This document shows, piece by piece, positions 17,052 through 26,224 of a stretch of 63,546 nucleotides of DNA. Every line of letters starts with the position of its first letter. Position 1 is the first letter of the stretch. Position numbers and translations under genes: made by a program. The notes beneath the pieces are model-generated. The model searched no databases, was not told the origin of the DNA, and was given only the letters and a program-made list of their open reading frames with translations. The stretch comes from an uncultured Dehalococcoidales bacterium (lineage in GTDB: Bacteria > Chloroflexota > Dehalococcoidia > Dehalococcoidales > G020351185), in contig CAYGXW010000003.1 of the NCBI GenBank assembly GCA_964354125.1, positions 1-63,546 on the forward strand. Reading direction: 5' to 3'.

Positions 17052-18206
17052 TTATCTCCCCTTTTGTTTGCTTTCATAGCCAAAGAAGGCTGAGATTTCA
17101 TCTGTGATGTATTCTATCTCATATTCTTTCAACCCGGGATACATCGGTAGTGTTAATACCTGGCTGGCTACCTTTTCGGTAACCGGTAATTCTAGATTAT
17201 ATCCCAAGCTATTTTTATAAAAAAGGGTAAGGTGGACGGGAGAAAAATATACCTTGGTCATGATTCCCTTTTCAGCAAGATATGCCTCTAAAGCATCCCG
17301 TTTTTCCTGTCCCTCTTTTACCCTTATAGTATATAGTTGATATACGTGGAAAAAGTTATCTGGTGGTTGGGGTATTTCTATTCCGGTAACTCGTGATAGC
17401 CTTGCCGACATCATATCAGCATTCCAGCGCCGCATATTGATTATTTTGTCGGCTTTTTCAAGCTGGGCAGTACCCAAGGCGGCGGTGATATCCGACATAC
17501 GGAAATTATATCCCAGACTGACATAGTCCTCGTAGGCTGTTGACATGAAGTAACTGGTATCCTCCAGCCGTCCGTGTGACCTTATCAGCCTGAGCTTATC
17601 AACCATCTCCTGAGAATCGGTAACTATGGCCCCCCCCTCACCGGTGGTGATTACCTTGTTGGCACAGAAGCTAAGTATAGCACAATCGCCGAAGCTACCT
17701 GCCTTTTTGCCATTAACCGCCGCCCCCAAGGCTTCAGCGGCGTCTTCAATAAGAAATAGATTGTTCTCCCTGGCAATTTTTACCAGTTCATTTACTAAAC
17801 AGGGACAGCCGCCGTAGTGGACGGGGATGATAGCCCTTGTTCTGGGAGTGATTTTTTGCCTTACATCCCAGGGGGCAAGCCCGTAGGTTGTTTTCTCAAT
17901 ATCGGCAAACACCGGCCTAGCGCCGACAAAAAGGGGGGCATTGGCGGTGGCGATAAAGGTAAAAGAGGGGACGATAACCTCATCTCCCTCTCCGATGCCA
18001 TAAGCCAGCATGGCAGCATGCAATGCCGAGGTTCCCGAGTTAAAAGCAACAGCGTATCTCTTGCCCATATATTCGGCAAGTATTTCCTCAAACCTATCAA
18101 TATTAGGTCCAATTGCCCAGTGCATTCCCCTGCGGATGGTGTTGGTCACCATCTTTATATCCTTTTTATCCCAGTATATCTTGAATAGCGGAATCTTATA
18201 GTTCAT
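17052..18206 (-). CDS. DegT-family PLP aminotransferase (LegC/PseC position)
   Basis: FCANKVITTGEGG PLP-lysine motif. It abuts the dehydratase gene with no gap. Confidence 0.85.
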   Translation of the reverse strand: MNYKIPLFKIYWDKKDIKMVTNTIRRGMHWAIGPNIDRFEEILAEYMGKRYAVAFNSGTSALHAAMLAYGIGEGDEVIVPSFTFIATANAPLFVGARPVFADIEKTTYGLAPWDVRQKITPRTRAIIPVHYGGCPCLVNELVKIARENNLFLIEDAAEALGAAVNGKKAGSFGDCAILSFCANKVITTGEGGAIVTDSQEMVDKLRLIRSHGRLEDTSYFMSTAYEDYVSLGYNFRMSDITAALGTAQLEKADKIINMRRWNADMMSARLSRVTGIEIPQPPDNFFHVYQLYTIRVKEGQEKRDALEAYLAEKGIMTKVYFSPVHLTLFYKNSLGYNLELPVTEKVASQVLTLPMYPGLKEYEIEYITDEISAFFGYESKQKGR

Positions 18207-18212
18207 TTTTGA

Positions 18213-18617
18213 CTATTCTACTTCCCTATACTTGATAACCTTCGCTGGTATACCCAGAGATACCGCGTTATCCGGGATATCCTCCGTAACAAAACTGAAT
18301 GCTCCGACAATAACACTTTGCCCAATAGTCACCCCAGGCATTATCACGCTGTGGCTGCCTATTCTAGTATCCTTTCCTATCGTCACCTTGCCCTTTTTAT
18401 CATCAATGGTAGACCAAGAGTATATAGCACAATGTGAACCGATTTGAACATTATCCTGTATTTCAACCCCGTATTTCGCATTTATGTAGGTAAATGCCCC
18501 GATGTCCGTGTTTCCCCCTAGCTTCAAATTGTCATGATGTTGACATATCCAGTTCCATTCTGTCATTCCTGTGCTGTCAAATTCTGGATATTTCCAGTCT
18601 TGGAATCTATTTTTCAT
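18213..18617 (-). CDS. Small hexapeptide-repeat N-acetyltransferase (LegH-like position)
   Basis: 134 aa with LbH repeats (IGSHCAIYS...TIGKDTRIGSHSVIMPGVTIGQSVIVGA). Confidence 0.75.
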   Translation of the reverse strand: MKNRFQDWKYPEFDSTGMTEWNWICQHHDNLKLGGNTDIGAFTYINAKYGVEIQDNVQIGSHCAIYSWSTIDDKKGKVTIGKDTRIGSHSVIMPGVTIGQSVIVGAFSFVTEDIPDNAVSLGIPAKVIKYREVE

Positions 18618-18632
18618 TCTCTACCCTCTAAA

Positions 18633-19781
18633 TTAGTAACTAATCTTCTTCTGGAGCAATTGGGGTGTAATTTCCACATTACTCAGGATTTCAACAATCC
18701 TCTGGCTAGCTTTGCCATCCCCGTAGGGGCTTTGGCACTTTTTAACCTCACTCAGAAACTCTTTATCGGTGAGTGCCTTCTCCACCGCTTTCACTATTTC
18801 CCGCTTATTATGCCCCACATCAATTACGTTCTTCCCTCGCTCTCTCCCCTCTTGGCGGCTGCCAATATTAACAAAGGGCAGGGCGAAGGAGGGGGCTTCT
18901 ACAATGCCGCTGCTGGAGTTGCCCAGCATAACACGGGCTGCTTTCATCAGACTGAGGTACTCCGGGCGCGGCAGGCTCTTGAAGCTCTTAATAAAGGGAT
19001 ATTTTGTGTATTCCTTGATAACCTCTATCATTCTCCTGCCGCCGGCATCCAAGTTGGGATATATCAGTATTATGGGGTAAGCCATCCCCACAATCGCCTC
19101 TAAAGTCTCCCTCATTTGGTCTGCTGCCTTTTCTACCTGGGTGGTAACGGGATGTTGCACTACTAAAAGTAAGGGCTGGGATATGTCTAAACCAAACCTT
19201 TCGGCAATCTGCTCGGCAGGAATAAGCGGTTCATTTAAGATGACATCCAGTGCCGGGGAGCCTATCATGTGAACCCGCCACTCATCCTCTCCCATTTTTA
19301 TGATTCTCTCAGCGCTCTTCTTAGTCGCCGGGAAATGAATATGAGAGAATTTGGTGATGGCATGGCGGGCGTACTCATCAAGCCCGCCCCTAGGGCTATC
19401 TCCGCCGTGAATGTGCGCCACCGGTATGTTCATATAGGCGCTGCTGATAGCTGCCGCCAGCGGCTCCACCCTGTCCCCAAGTACCAGGGTTGCAAAAGGT
19501 TTCAGTTTTTCCCAGGTTTGAGCCATACCGATAATACCCCGCCCTATGGATTCCGCCATTGCCTCTAATGTATCACTATCAGGCAGCATATCCACTCTGG
19601 TAGCTATCTTAAAGCCATTGCCTTCTATCTCTTTAACTGTATAGCCGAACTCATGGGATAGGTGCATTCCGGTAACCACCAGGCAAAGCTCCAGCTCCGG
19701 ACTGGCTACTATGGCGTTTAATACCGGCCTGAGGATACCATACTCTGCCCTTGTTCCGGTAACTACGGCGATTTTTTTCAT
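18633..19781 (-). CDS. Hydrolysing UDP-N-acetylhexosamine 2-epimerase (NeuC/LegG family)
   Basis: VVTGTRAEYGILRPV start, HIHGGD, and GNSSSGIVEAPSF. 382 aa. Confidence 0.85.
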   Translation of the reverse strand: MKKIAVVTGTRAEYGILRPVLNAIVASPELELCLVVTGMHLSHEFGYTVKEIEGNGFKIATRVDMLPDSDTLEAMAESIGRGIIGMAQTWEKLKPFATLVLGDRVEPLAAAISSAYMNIPVAHIHGGDSPRGGLDEYARHAITKFSHIHFPATKKSAERIIKMGEDEWRVHMIGSPALDVILNEPLIPAEQIAERFGLDISQPLLLVVQHPVTTQVEKAADQMRETLEAIVGMAYPIILIYPNLDAGGRRMIEVIKEYTKYPFIKSFKSLPRPEYLSLMKAARVMLGNSSSGIVEAPSFALPFVNIGSRQEGRERGKNVIDVGHNKREIVKAVEKALTDKEFLSEVKKCQSPYGDGKASQRIVEILSNVEITPQLLQKKISY

Positions 19782-19800
19782 ACTAATAATCCCTTACAGC

Positions 19801-20913
19801 TTAAGTGAGTGGTGTTTTGAGCCTCCATTCACCATTAACCTTTTCCCATATATCTTTATTTCTAAACCTCTCGGCGATTTCCCAGAACTCCTTCTCACTA
19901 TAGCCGGTAAATTCACAAAAATCCCTTAGTGACCATGGGTCTAGCTTGTGGTCATGCTCCCTTACCAGTTTAATAGCTTCATCTCTGGTAATTCTGCCGC
20001 TCCTGACCCAGCGAGAGCATATATCAGTAGCCCCTCTATGTCCAAATTTGTAGTATTTTAGCCATGGGTGAACTAGATAGCCAATGGCATCTATCTGGTC
20101 GTAGTCTTCCACACAACCTTCCCTCTGCCACTCGCCGGTATCGCCGAGGGATTTAAAGCCGTATTTTTTAGCGAGCTCATAATTGTGGTGACCATCCCAC
20201 GGCACGAAGTAGCTTAAGTATATCGGCTCTAAGCCAGCGGCTTCTATTTCTTCTTTAGTTGGGTAAATGCAGCTGTTAAGGTCTCTCATGGTGATATCTT
20301 CATCCAGCCAGAAATCCCAGTCAACACTTTTGACCACATCATTATTAATCTGGTCTTTGGCGCTGTAGGTTTCCCGCTCCTGCACCCCCCCGTATTCATA
20401 ACTTACATTTTCTCCGTAGACGATGAGGGGAATTTTCATATTGATGCCCATCCTTATTGGAAAGACATAAACCGCCCGGTCCCAGTACCAGGTTGGCGAG
20501 CCCAATTTCTCAAACGCCTTACGCATCATTTTCCTGGCTAGCTTCCTGTTTAGGTGGAGTGAAATTGTATCACAACCGAACACTTCACTCATATTATCAA
20601 AGTTGTGTCGGCCGGTTTCCGTCCAGCTGAGGTTGGCGACATTAACCAGCAGGGGATTCATCTTCATTAGTTCTTTCATAACATATATCTGATAGTGGCT
20701 ATCTTTGCCACCGCTGACGGTAACTATGCAATCGTAGTAATCCCCACCACTGCCCCGGTATTTGTCACAGAGCTCCTCCAGTTCTTTCCACCGGGCATTC
20801 CAGTTAATATGTTTTCTCCTTTCGGCATTTCTACACGCTTGGCAGACACCCTCTTCATCTAAATACAAGCCGGGTCTTGTATCAGGCATTACGCACTTTG
20901 TGCAGTACCTCAT
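19801..20913 (-). CDS. N-acetyl-sugar amidotransferase (PP-loop ATP pyrophosphatase; WbuX/PseA-like)
   Basis: N-terminal zinc ribbon CTKCVMPDTRPG...GVCQAC, then PP-loop VSGGKDS. 370 aa. Confidence 0.75.
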   Translation of the reverse strand: MRYCTKCVMPDTRPGLYLDEEGVCQACRNAERRKHINWNARWKELEELCDKYRGSGGDYYDCIVTVSGGKDSHYQIYVMKELMKMNPLLVNVANLSWTETGRHNFDNMSEVFGCDTISLHLNRKLARKMMRKAFEKLGSPTWYWDRAVYVFPIRMGINMKIPLIVYGENVSYEYGGVQERETYSAKDQINNDVVKSVDWDFWLDEDITMRDLNSCIYPTKEEIEAAGLEPIYLSYFVPWDGHHNYELAKKYGFKSLGDTGEWQREGCVEDYDQIDAIGYLVHPWLKYYKFGHRGATDICSRWVRSGRITRDEAIKLVREHDHKLDPWSLRDFCEFTGYSEKEFWEIAERFRNKDIWEKVNGEWRLKTPLT

Positions 20914-20939
20914 TATTCCTTAGCCTTCCTCTTCCCCCT

Positions 20940-20968
20940 ATTATGAATATATAGTAGACTTTTGTCAA
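20940..20968 (-). promoter_or_regulatory. Internal promoter in front of the amidotransferase gene
   Basis: On the minus strand: TTGACA (20968-20963), 17-nt spacer, CATAAT (20945-20940). It is part of a ~57-nt block that is ~70% identical to 35945-36002. Confidence 0.5.
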
Positions 20969-21019
20969 TATTAATGCTGAATAATGCCATATGTCTAAAT
21001 AAATAATTTAAGAATTGGG

Positions 21020-22072
21020 CTACGTACTGATTTTTTGCCAGGTTATAAGTTCATCTTTTGAAATTCTTGTCTTTGCCTTTTTACCTGTAACCATATCCAG
21101 ATACCTTGCCTCAATCCCGGTGCCCGGTCGCTTAATATCCAGCATATCCTTGGTAATGATTACTCCGGCGGGGATGTTTACCCTGGCGACTATACTCCGC
21201 CGCACGACCTTCTTGTTCTCCTCCTCATCCTCTGATAGCTTCTTTGTCCCATCGCCAATAGCCACTTCTGCATCCCTGATAGCTTTTATCATATCTTGCA
21301 GTTCCCCCGGTTCCAGAGACATTCTGTGGTCGGGGCCGGGGAGGCTCTTGTCCAGTGTAATGTGTTTCTCAATAACGCATGCTCCCATTACTACCGCTGC
21401 TATCGGAATAGTAATGCCAAGCGTGTGGTCGGATAAGCCCACAGGCAGCCCAAAAGCGCTTCTTAAGGTCTCCATTACCTTCAGATTCATATCTGTCGGC
21501 TTTGCCGGGTAACTTGAGACGCAGTGCAGCAGGACTATTTCTTTTACGCCTTCTTCTCGGATAATTTTAAGAGCTTCGTCTATCTCATCAATGGTGGACA
21601 TGCCGGTGGACAGGATTATTGGCTTTTGCTTGCTGGCGATGTGTTTGAGCAGGGGAAGGTTTGTAATCTCTCCGGATGGGATTTTATAGGCTGGCACTCC
21701 TAGTGTTTCCAGTAAGTCAGCACTCTCTTTATCAAAGGGTGAGGAGAGAAAAATTATCCCTTTCTCGATAGCATAGTCAGATAAATCCTTAAAATCTGCT
21801 TCTGAAAGCCCTAGCTTTTTAATCATTTCGTACTGCGATTCTTCGGTACTGGTGCTCTCTTTCTGGTATCCAGCCTTTTCGGCATTTCTGGTTACCACAT
21901 CCTCGGCTTTAAAGCTCTGGAACTTGACTGCATCAGCACCGGCTTCCTTAGCCACACCTATAAGCTTTTTAGCCAGTTTAAGGTCGCCGTTATGGTTAAC
22001 CCCGGCTTCGGCAATAATGAAGCAGGCTTCGCCTTCGCCTATCCATTTGTCGCCTAGCCTGATTTTTTTCAT
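21020..22072 (-). CDS. Nonulosonic acid synthase (NeuB/LegI family)
   Basis: CFIIAEAGVNHNGDLKLAKKLI, AVKFQSF, and a C-terminal SAF/antifreeze-like domain. 350 aa. Confidence 0.9.
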   Translation of the reverse strand: MKKIRLGDKWIGEGEACFIIAEAGVNHNGDLKLAKKLIGVAKEAGADAVKFQSFKAEDVVTRNAEKAGYQKESTSTEESQYEMIKKLGLSEADFKDLSDYAIEKGIIFLSSPFDKESADLLETLGVPAYKIPSGEITNLPLLKHIASKQKPIILSTGMSTIDEIDEALKIIREEGVKEIVLLHCVSSYPAKPTDMNLKVMETLRSAFGLPVGLSDHTLGITIPIAAVVMGACVIEKHITLDKSLPGPDHRMSLEPGELQDMIKAIRDAEVAIGDGTKKLSEDEEENKKVVRRSIVARVNIPAGVIITKDMLDIKRPGTGIEARYLDMVTGKKAKTRISKDELITWQKIST

Positions 22073-22779
22073 TCGGGTGACCTATGCTCCTCTTTTATTA
22101 GTAGTTCGGCGAGCTTGAAGTCAAGCTCGGTGTCAATATCTATAGACCTTTCTCTGGGCATAATATAGGCTCTGGTGTCCCTGCCTATTATCCTGTTTTG
22201 CCTCATTATAACACCCACGCTGGTAACATATACCGCTCCGTTTAAGCGGTAGACCTTTTCGGTATCCTGTTGTTTTTTTATCCTGCTATTGGTGATTGGC
22301 CTGAGCCTGTCCCCAACTAGGGTATACATCCAGTGTAGCGGGCATCCTACTTCGCAGACGCTTACCACTGAATCACAATCGGCTTTCAGTAGCTTTTCAA
22401 TGGCGCTATCAATATCATCTGCTAACCTGAGTGGCGAGGTTGGCTGCAACAGCACCACCAGTTCAGGCAGGTAACCCTCTGTTTCTTCCAGATGACGAAG
22501 GGTATGCTGTAATACCTCAAGCGAGGGTGTGTCATCCCTGGCTAGTTTTTCAGGTCTTTTAATTACCTCCGCCTGGTATCGGGCAGCTACTTCACCAATT
22601 TTTTTATCCTCTGTAGAGACCACCACCCTGTTGATATATTTTGAGGCAAATGCCTGCTCAATGGTATAGGCAATAAGAGGCTTACCCGCCAGCTTTCTTA
22701 TGTTCTTGCCCGGCACCCGTTTTGAGCCGCCGCGAGCTGGTATAATAGCTAGGATTGATAATATTTTATCTTTACACAT
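22069..22779 (-). CDS. CMP-nonulosonate synthetase (acylneuraminate cytidylyltransferase, NeuA/LegF family)
   Basis: AIIPARGGSKRVPGKNI motif. 236 aa. 4-nt overlap with the synthase gene. Confidence 0.85.
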   Translation of the reverse strand: MCKDKILSILAIIPARGGSKRVPGKNIRKLAGKPLIAYTIEQAFASKYINRVVVSTEDKKIGEVAARYQAEVIKRPEKLARDDTPSLEVLQHTLRHLEETEGYLPELVVLLQPTSPLRLADDIDSAIEKLLKADCDSVVSVCEVGCPLHWMYTLVGDRLRPITNSRIKKQQDTEKVYRLNGAVYVTSVGVIMRQNRIIGRDTRAYIMPRERSIDIDTELDFKLAELLIKEEHRSPE

Positions 22780-22811
22780 GGCAAGCCCATGTTCAGAACT
22801 GGTTATTTTTG

Positions 22812-24323
22812 CTATTTATTATTTCCCTTAAGCTCAGACTTGGCGTAATCCCCCATTTTTCTGGGATTTAGCAGGTCTAATAGGTATCTAAGGTCTTCCT
22901 TGGTGAACTCACGCATCAGGTAGAGAATACCGAAATAGATAATCAAAAAGGTTATACCAAAGCCTATCAGATGGTACCACTGGATACTGGCGATGGCAAG
23001 ACTGGTAAAATAGGCGGCACACCCAGTTACACCGGCGGTAAAGAGGTGGAGCAGGATGCGCCAGTTGGAGCGGGTGCCTGTTATTCTATAGGCGTAGTAT
23101 CGCATTAAAATAAAGGCAGGCACGAAAGATATTGCTGTAGCTATCGCTGCCCCGATAGCCCCCAAGCCAAGCAGCCTGATACCGAACAACTGGTCGGGAA
23201 TGAATATCAGATTCAAGACTATATTGAGTATGATATTTATAGAGGCTATCCTGACGCCGAGGCCGGGACGGTTTGTCCCTTCCATCTGCCGGGCATAGGC
23301 TATATTTATACTGGATAAATAGGTAACAATAAGCAGCAGGCGGAAGATGGGAACGGCGGGCAGGAATTCATTTCCAAAGAAGATGGCAATAAGCGGCTCG
23401 GCGAATATGGCGCATAGTACTATAAGGGGCGTAATAATTATAGAAAGGTATCTCTCGCTTATATTGGTTATTAGTCGGATGCCAGCCATATCGCTGCGGG
23501 CATGCATTGCTGATATGGTGGGAAATAGCAATATACCTACTGAGGCTGATAGCGCTACCATCACCAGAACTAATTGCTCGCCGCTGAAATAGAAAGCAAC
23601 TTCGTCTACACTATAAAAACTACCAATCATGAGCTTATCTATATTGAGGTTGATGGAGACTATTACCGAATAGAAAGCCACCGGCAGGGCAAAGCTCAGG
23701 TAGCTCTTAAAATACTGCCAGCTTGGTCTAGCCAAGGGGTAGCGGCGGATGAGTATCAGGCTGGAAAAAACAAGCGCCAGTCCTCCCAGAACATAGGATG
23801 TAGCCAGGGCAATTACCCCCAACCCCGCCAGAGCGATGACAATCACCGCTACCAGCCGTACCACCGCCCTGGATACCTGAGGAAGCTGCTCCTTGGCGCT
23901 CTCCATGCCCGCCTGGAAGGTATACTGGGCGCTCTCGCCGAATGACTGAAGAACAAAAAAGGCAAGCAGGATATAGACCACGGTGAGCTGTTCAGGGTGC
24001 TCCAGTAATGGTCCTTGGTTGCCGGTAACGGTAATGGCAATCAGCACGGCGGCAACCATAACTAAAGTCAGGGATATTTTAGTTGTCAGGAAGGTGCCAT
24101 TGCATAGGGCTGGATTTTTACCCTCTGAGAGGCGCTTGACGTGAGCTGAATTAAAGCCAAGGTCAGTAATAAAGTGAAACATGCCGATAAAAGACATGCT
24201 GTAGGCAACAATGCCCAAGGGAGTGGGACCCATAAAATGGCTGATGAATATGAGGGCAATAAAGCCAATGCCACTGATGAGAAGCTGACCAAAGTAGGTT
24301 AAGGCTATCTTTCTGGCAAGCAA
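22812..24323 (-). CDS. Wzx-type (MOP superfamily) oligosaccharide flippase
   Basis: 503 aa, about 12-14 TM helices, with the typical polysaccharide-biosynthesis-protein layout. Confidence 0.75.
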   Translation of the reverse strand: MLARKIALTYFGQLLISGIGFIALIFISHFMGPTPLGIVAYSMSFIGMFHFITDLGFNSAHVKRLSEGKNPALCNGTFLTTKISLTLVMVAAVLIAITVTGNQGPLLEHPEQLTVVYILLAFFVLQSFGESAQYTFQAGMESAKEQLPQVSRAVVRLVAVIVIALAGLGVIALATSYVLGGLALVFSSLILIRRYPLARPSWQYFKSYLSFALPVAFYSVIVSINLNIDKLMIGSFYSVDEVAFYFSGEQLVLVMVALSASVGILLFPTISAMHARSDMAGIRLITNISERYLSIIITPLIVLCAIFAEPLIAIFFGNEFLPAVPIFRLLLIVTYLSSINIAYARQMEGTNRPGLGVRIASINIILNIVLNLIFIPDQLFGIRLLGLGAIGAAIATAISFVPAFILMRYYAYRITGTRSNWRILLHLFTAGVTGCAAYFTSLAIASIQWYHLIGFGITFLIIYFGILYLMREFTKEDLRYLLDLLNPRKMGDYAKSELKGNNK

Positions 24324-26224
24324 GCCGCCCTCCTTTCCTCAGCCATCTTCTCTATTAAGTGGGCAACCCGTTGTGACGCCTTGCCATCGGCTTTATATAG
24401 ATGCTCGGCAATAAATCTCTTTCTACCTTCTGCCAGTGCTTTTTGAACCGATGAATCAGTAAGAATATTGCTTATTGCCGGGGCAATATCTTCGGTCTTA
24501 TATACCCCGATGGCGGCGCCGCTTTCGGCATAGGGGAAAAGGTCAGTTTCACCGGTCAGGTTGATGGTTATTACCGGTTTGCCGGCGATGATGGCATCTA
24601 TGGCTACTGTTGAATACTGGGTTATAAATATATCGCAGGCTCTTATTGAATCGTAGTCATGTGGTTTCTTAAAGATGACTACATCACCTATCTCCATTTC
24701 ACTGGCGATGTCCTGATATAGGCTGATGGGCTCGCTCTGGCTGGGGTGGGCTCTGATTAAGAGTTGCATCTGTGGGAACTGGCGCATTGCATCTATCACC
24801 CCGGCTACCACTTTTTTACCTACATCACGTTCAAAGGTTATAGCGGTTGTCAGCAGGATGATATCCTTACTCTCATCAAGCCCCATCTGGCGGCAGAACT
24901 CTTCCCTTGAGATGCCCTTCTCCGTCATTAGCGCATCCCACTGAGGGGCACCGGTGAGCACTATTTTGTCCGGGCTGACTCCCCTCTGAACTAGGACCTT
25001 CCTGGTGAAATCCCCGTAAACGGACATCTTGGCGGCATAGGTAGAGCTATAATATGGCTGGTCATCATGGGTGCCGTGTTGCAGGACAAGGGAGGGGATA
25101 CCCATTAAATCGCAGGTTGCCACCACTGCTCTGCCAAAGGGGCTTCTTTCGTCCATCACCACGATAACATCTGGTTTCTCAACCTCAATGACCCGCCTGG
25201 TGACCTCAATGCACCGTATAAGTTTGTTAAATAAGTATTTAAAACCATAGGATATGGTGTCTTTGAAGGCATCAAACAGGGAGATACCTTCGTAGGTCAG
25301 TGACCCTTTTAGTGACGGCTCATCCTGTAATCTATGCCAGCTTGATAGTATCTCTTTCGCTTTCCGACGGGTCTTTATCTCCAGAGAGTTATCCATATAC
25401 TGGCTGAGAACCCTGAGGCAACTGTTCAGCTCACCATATTCCGCAGGCCAGGGATTGATATCTATGATTAATAATTCATTCTTGTCATTCTGCACCAGCT
25501 CTTTTGCCCAGGGGATAACCTGGGGGGCGTGGCGTAATTCGTCAGAGAGCATTAATATCTTATTTTTTTGTGCTACTACTTCCCGCTTATAGCTAACTCG
25601 TGGCAGTGTCGTTACTCTGGGGAATTCCTTGCCCTCATAAAGCCTGACGAGATAAATCTTCAATCTCTTTTCAAAAAAATGCTTGAGGTGCAGCAGCGGC
25701 GTTGAAAAACCGGAGGAGGCTATCCCCAACTGCCCAGCCACCTTCAGTGCAGCCTTGCCAGCAAGGCTGCCGCTATCGCTTACCACTAACATATCTGGCT
25801 TATCAGCCTTGATAATTTCACTTGTTAGCTCAATATTAAATATAAGTTTACTCAGTCTGTCATAGAGATAGAGCTCAATCAAATCCAGCAGGAAGATGCC
25901 ATCGTAGTAAAGCGCCTCCTGGCTTATCAATGCTTGGCTCTGCCTTATCAGATGTATCGCACTCTCACGTGCCTTGCTCATCATGCCGGGGGTTCTGTAC
26001 TCCTCAAAGGGCTTGAAGGCAAGACCTGCTTTCACCAGTTTAGCGGAGGTTACCGAGTCCAGGCTGATTATAGTCACGGCATTGTCAGCCAGAAGCTTCC
26101 TTATCGGTCGGACAACCCTTAGTGAAAAATCCGCATTAAACGCCCGATTAACAAGGTCAACTTTAGGGGCATTGAAAACCCGGCTTGAATCACACAAGGC
26201 TATAATTAGTCTTTTCTTGCTCAT
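24305..26224 (-). CDS. Unassigned 639-aa GT-B-like transferase with a duplicated N-domain (candidate nonulosonate transferase or TagF-like phosphotransferase)
   Basis: Internal repeat KPDMLVVSDSGSLAGKAALKVAGQLGIAS versus KPDVIVVMDERSPFGRAVVATCDLMGIPS. The C-domain has RAHPSQ (HP motif) and CDIFITQYSTVAIDAIIAGKPVITIN, which resembles TagF / capsule GT-B families. Confidence 0.45.
   Translation of the reverse strand: MSKKRLIIALCDSSRVFNAPKVDLVNRAFNADFSLRVVRPIRKLLADNAVTIISLDSVTSAKLVKAGLAFKPFEEYRTPGMMSKARESAIHLIRQSQALISQEALYYDGIFLLDLIELYLYDRLSKLIFNIELTSEIIKADKPDMLVVSDSGSLAGKAALKVAGQLGIASSGFSTPLLHLKHFFEKRLKIYLVRLYEGKEFPRVTTLPRVSYKREVVAQKNKILMLSDELRHAPQVIPWAKELVQNDKNELLIIDINPWPAEYGELNSCLRVLSQYMDNSLEIKTRRKAKEILSSWHRLQDEPSLKGSLTYEGISLFDAFKDTISYGFKYLFNKLIRCIEVTRRVIEVEKPDVIVVMDERSPFGRAVVATCDLMGIPSLVLQHGTHDDQPYYSSTYAAKMSVYGDFTRKVLVQRGVSPDKIVLTGAPQWDALMTEKGISREEFCRQMGLDESKDIILLTTAITFERDVGKKVVAGVIDAMRQFPQMQLLIRAHPSQSEPISLYQDIASEMEIGDVVIFKKPHDYDSIRACDIFITQYSTVAIDAIIAGKPVITINLTGETDLFPYAESGAAIGVYKTEDIAPAISNILTDSSVQKALAEGRKRFIAEHLYKADGKASQRVAHLIEKMAEERRAACLPER

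Noticed and set aside
18534-19103. 189-aa plus-strand ORF. Similar long antisense ORFs occur at 21015-21512, 6111-6536, 13272-13706, 15634-16041, 17817-18188, 23574-23945, 37739-38155 and 54484-54981.
   Set aside because: All lie entirely inside strongly supported genes on the opposite strand (NeuC, NeuB, the dehydrogenase, GT4/SDR, SDR, the aminotransferase, Wzx, Wzy_C, pnp). They have low-complexity Ser/Pro/Leu-rich translations and no SD. They are typical antisense shadow ORFs.
16044-22779. Pseudaminic acid pathway as the assignment for the nonulosonate cassette
   Set aside because: No PseG-type UDP-sugar hydrolase or PseH-type GNAT is present. Instead a NeuC-type hydrolysing 2-epimerase and an LbH acetyltransferase are present, which fits the legionaminic-acid-type route better. 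The final stereochemistry still needs experiment.
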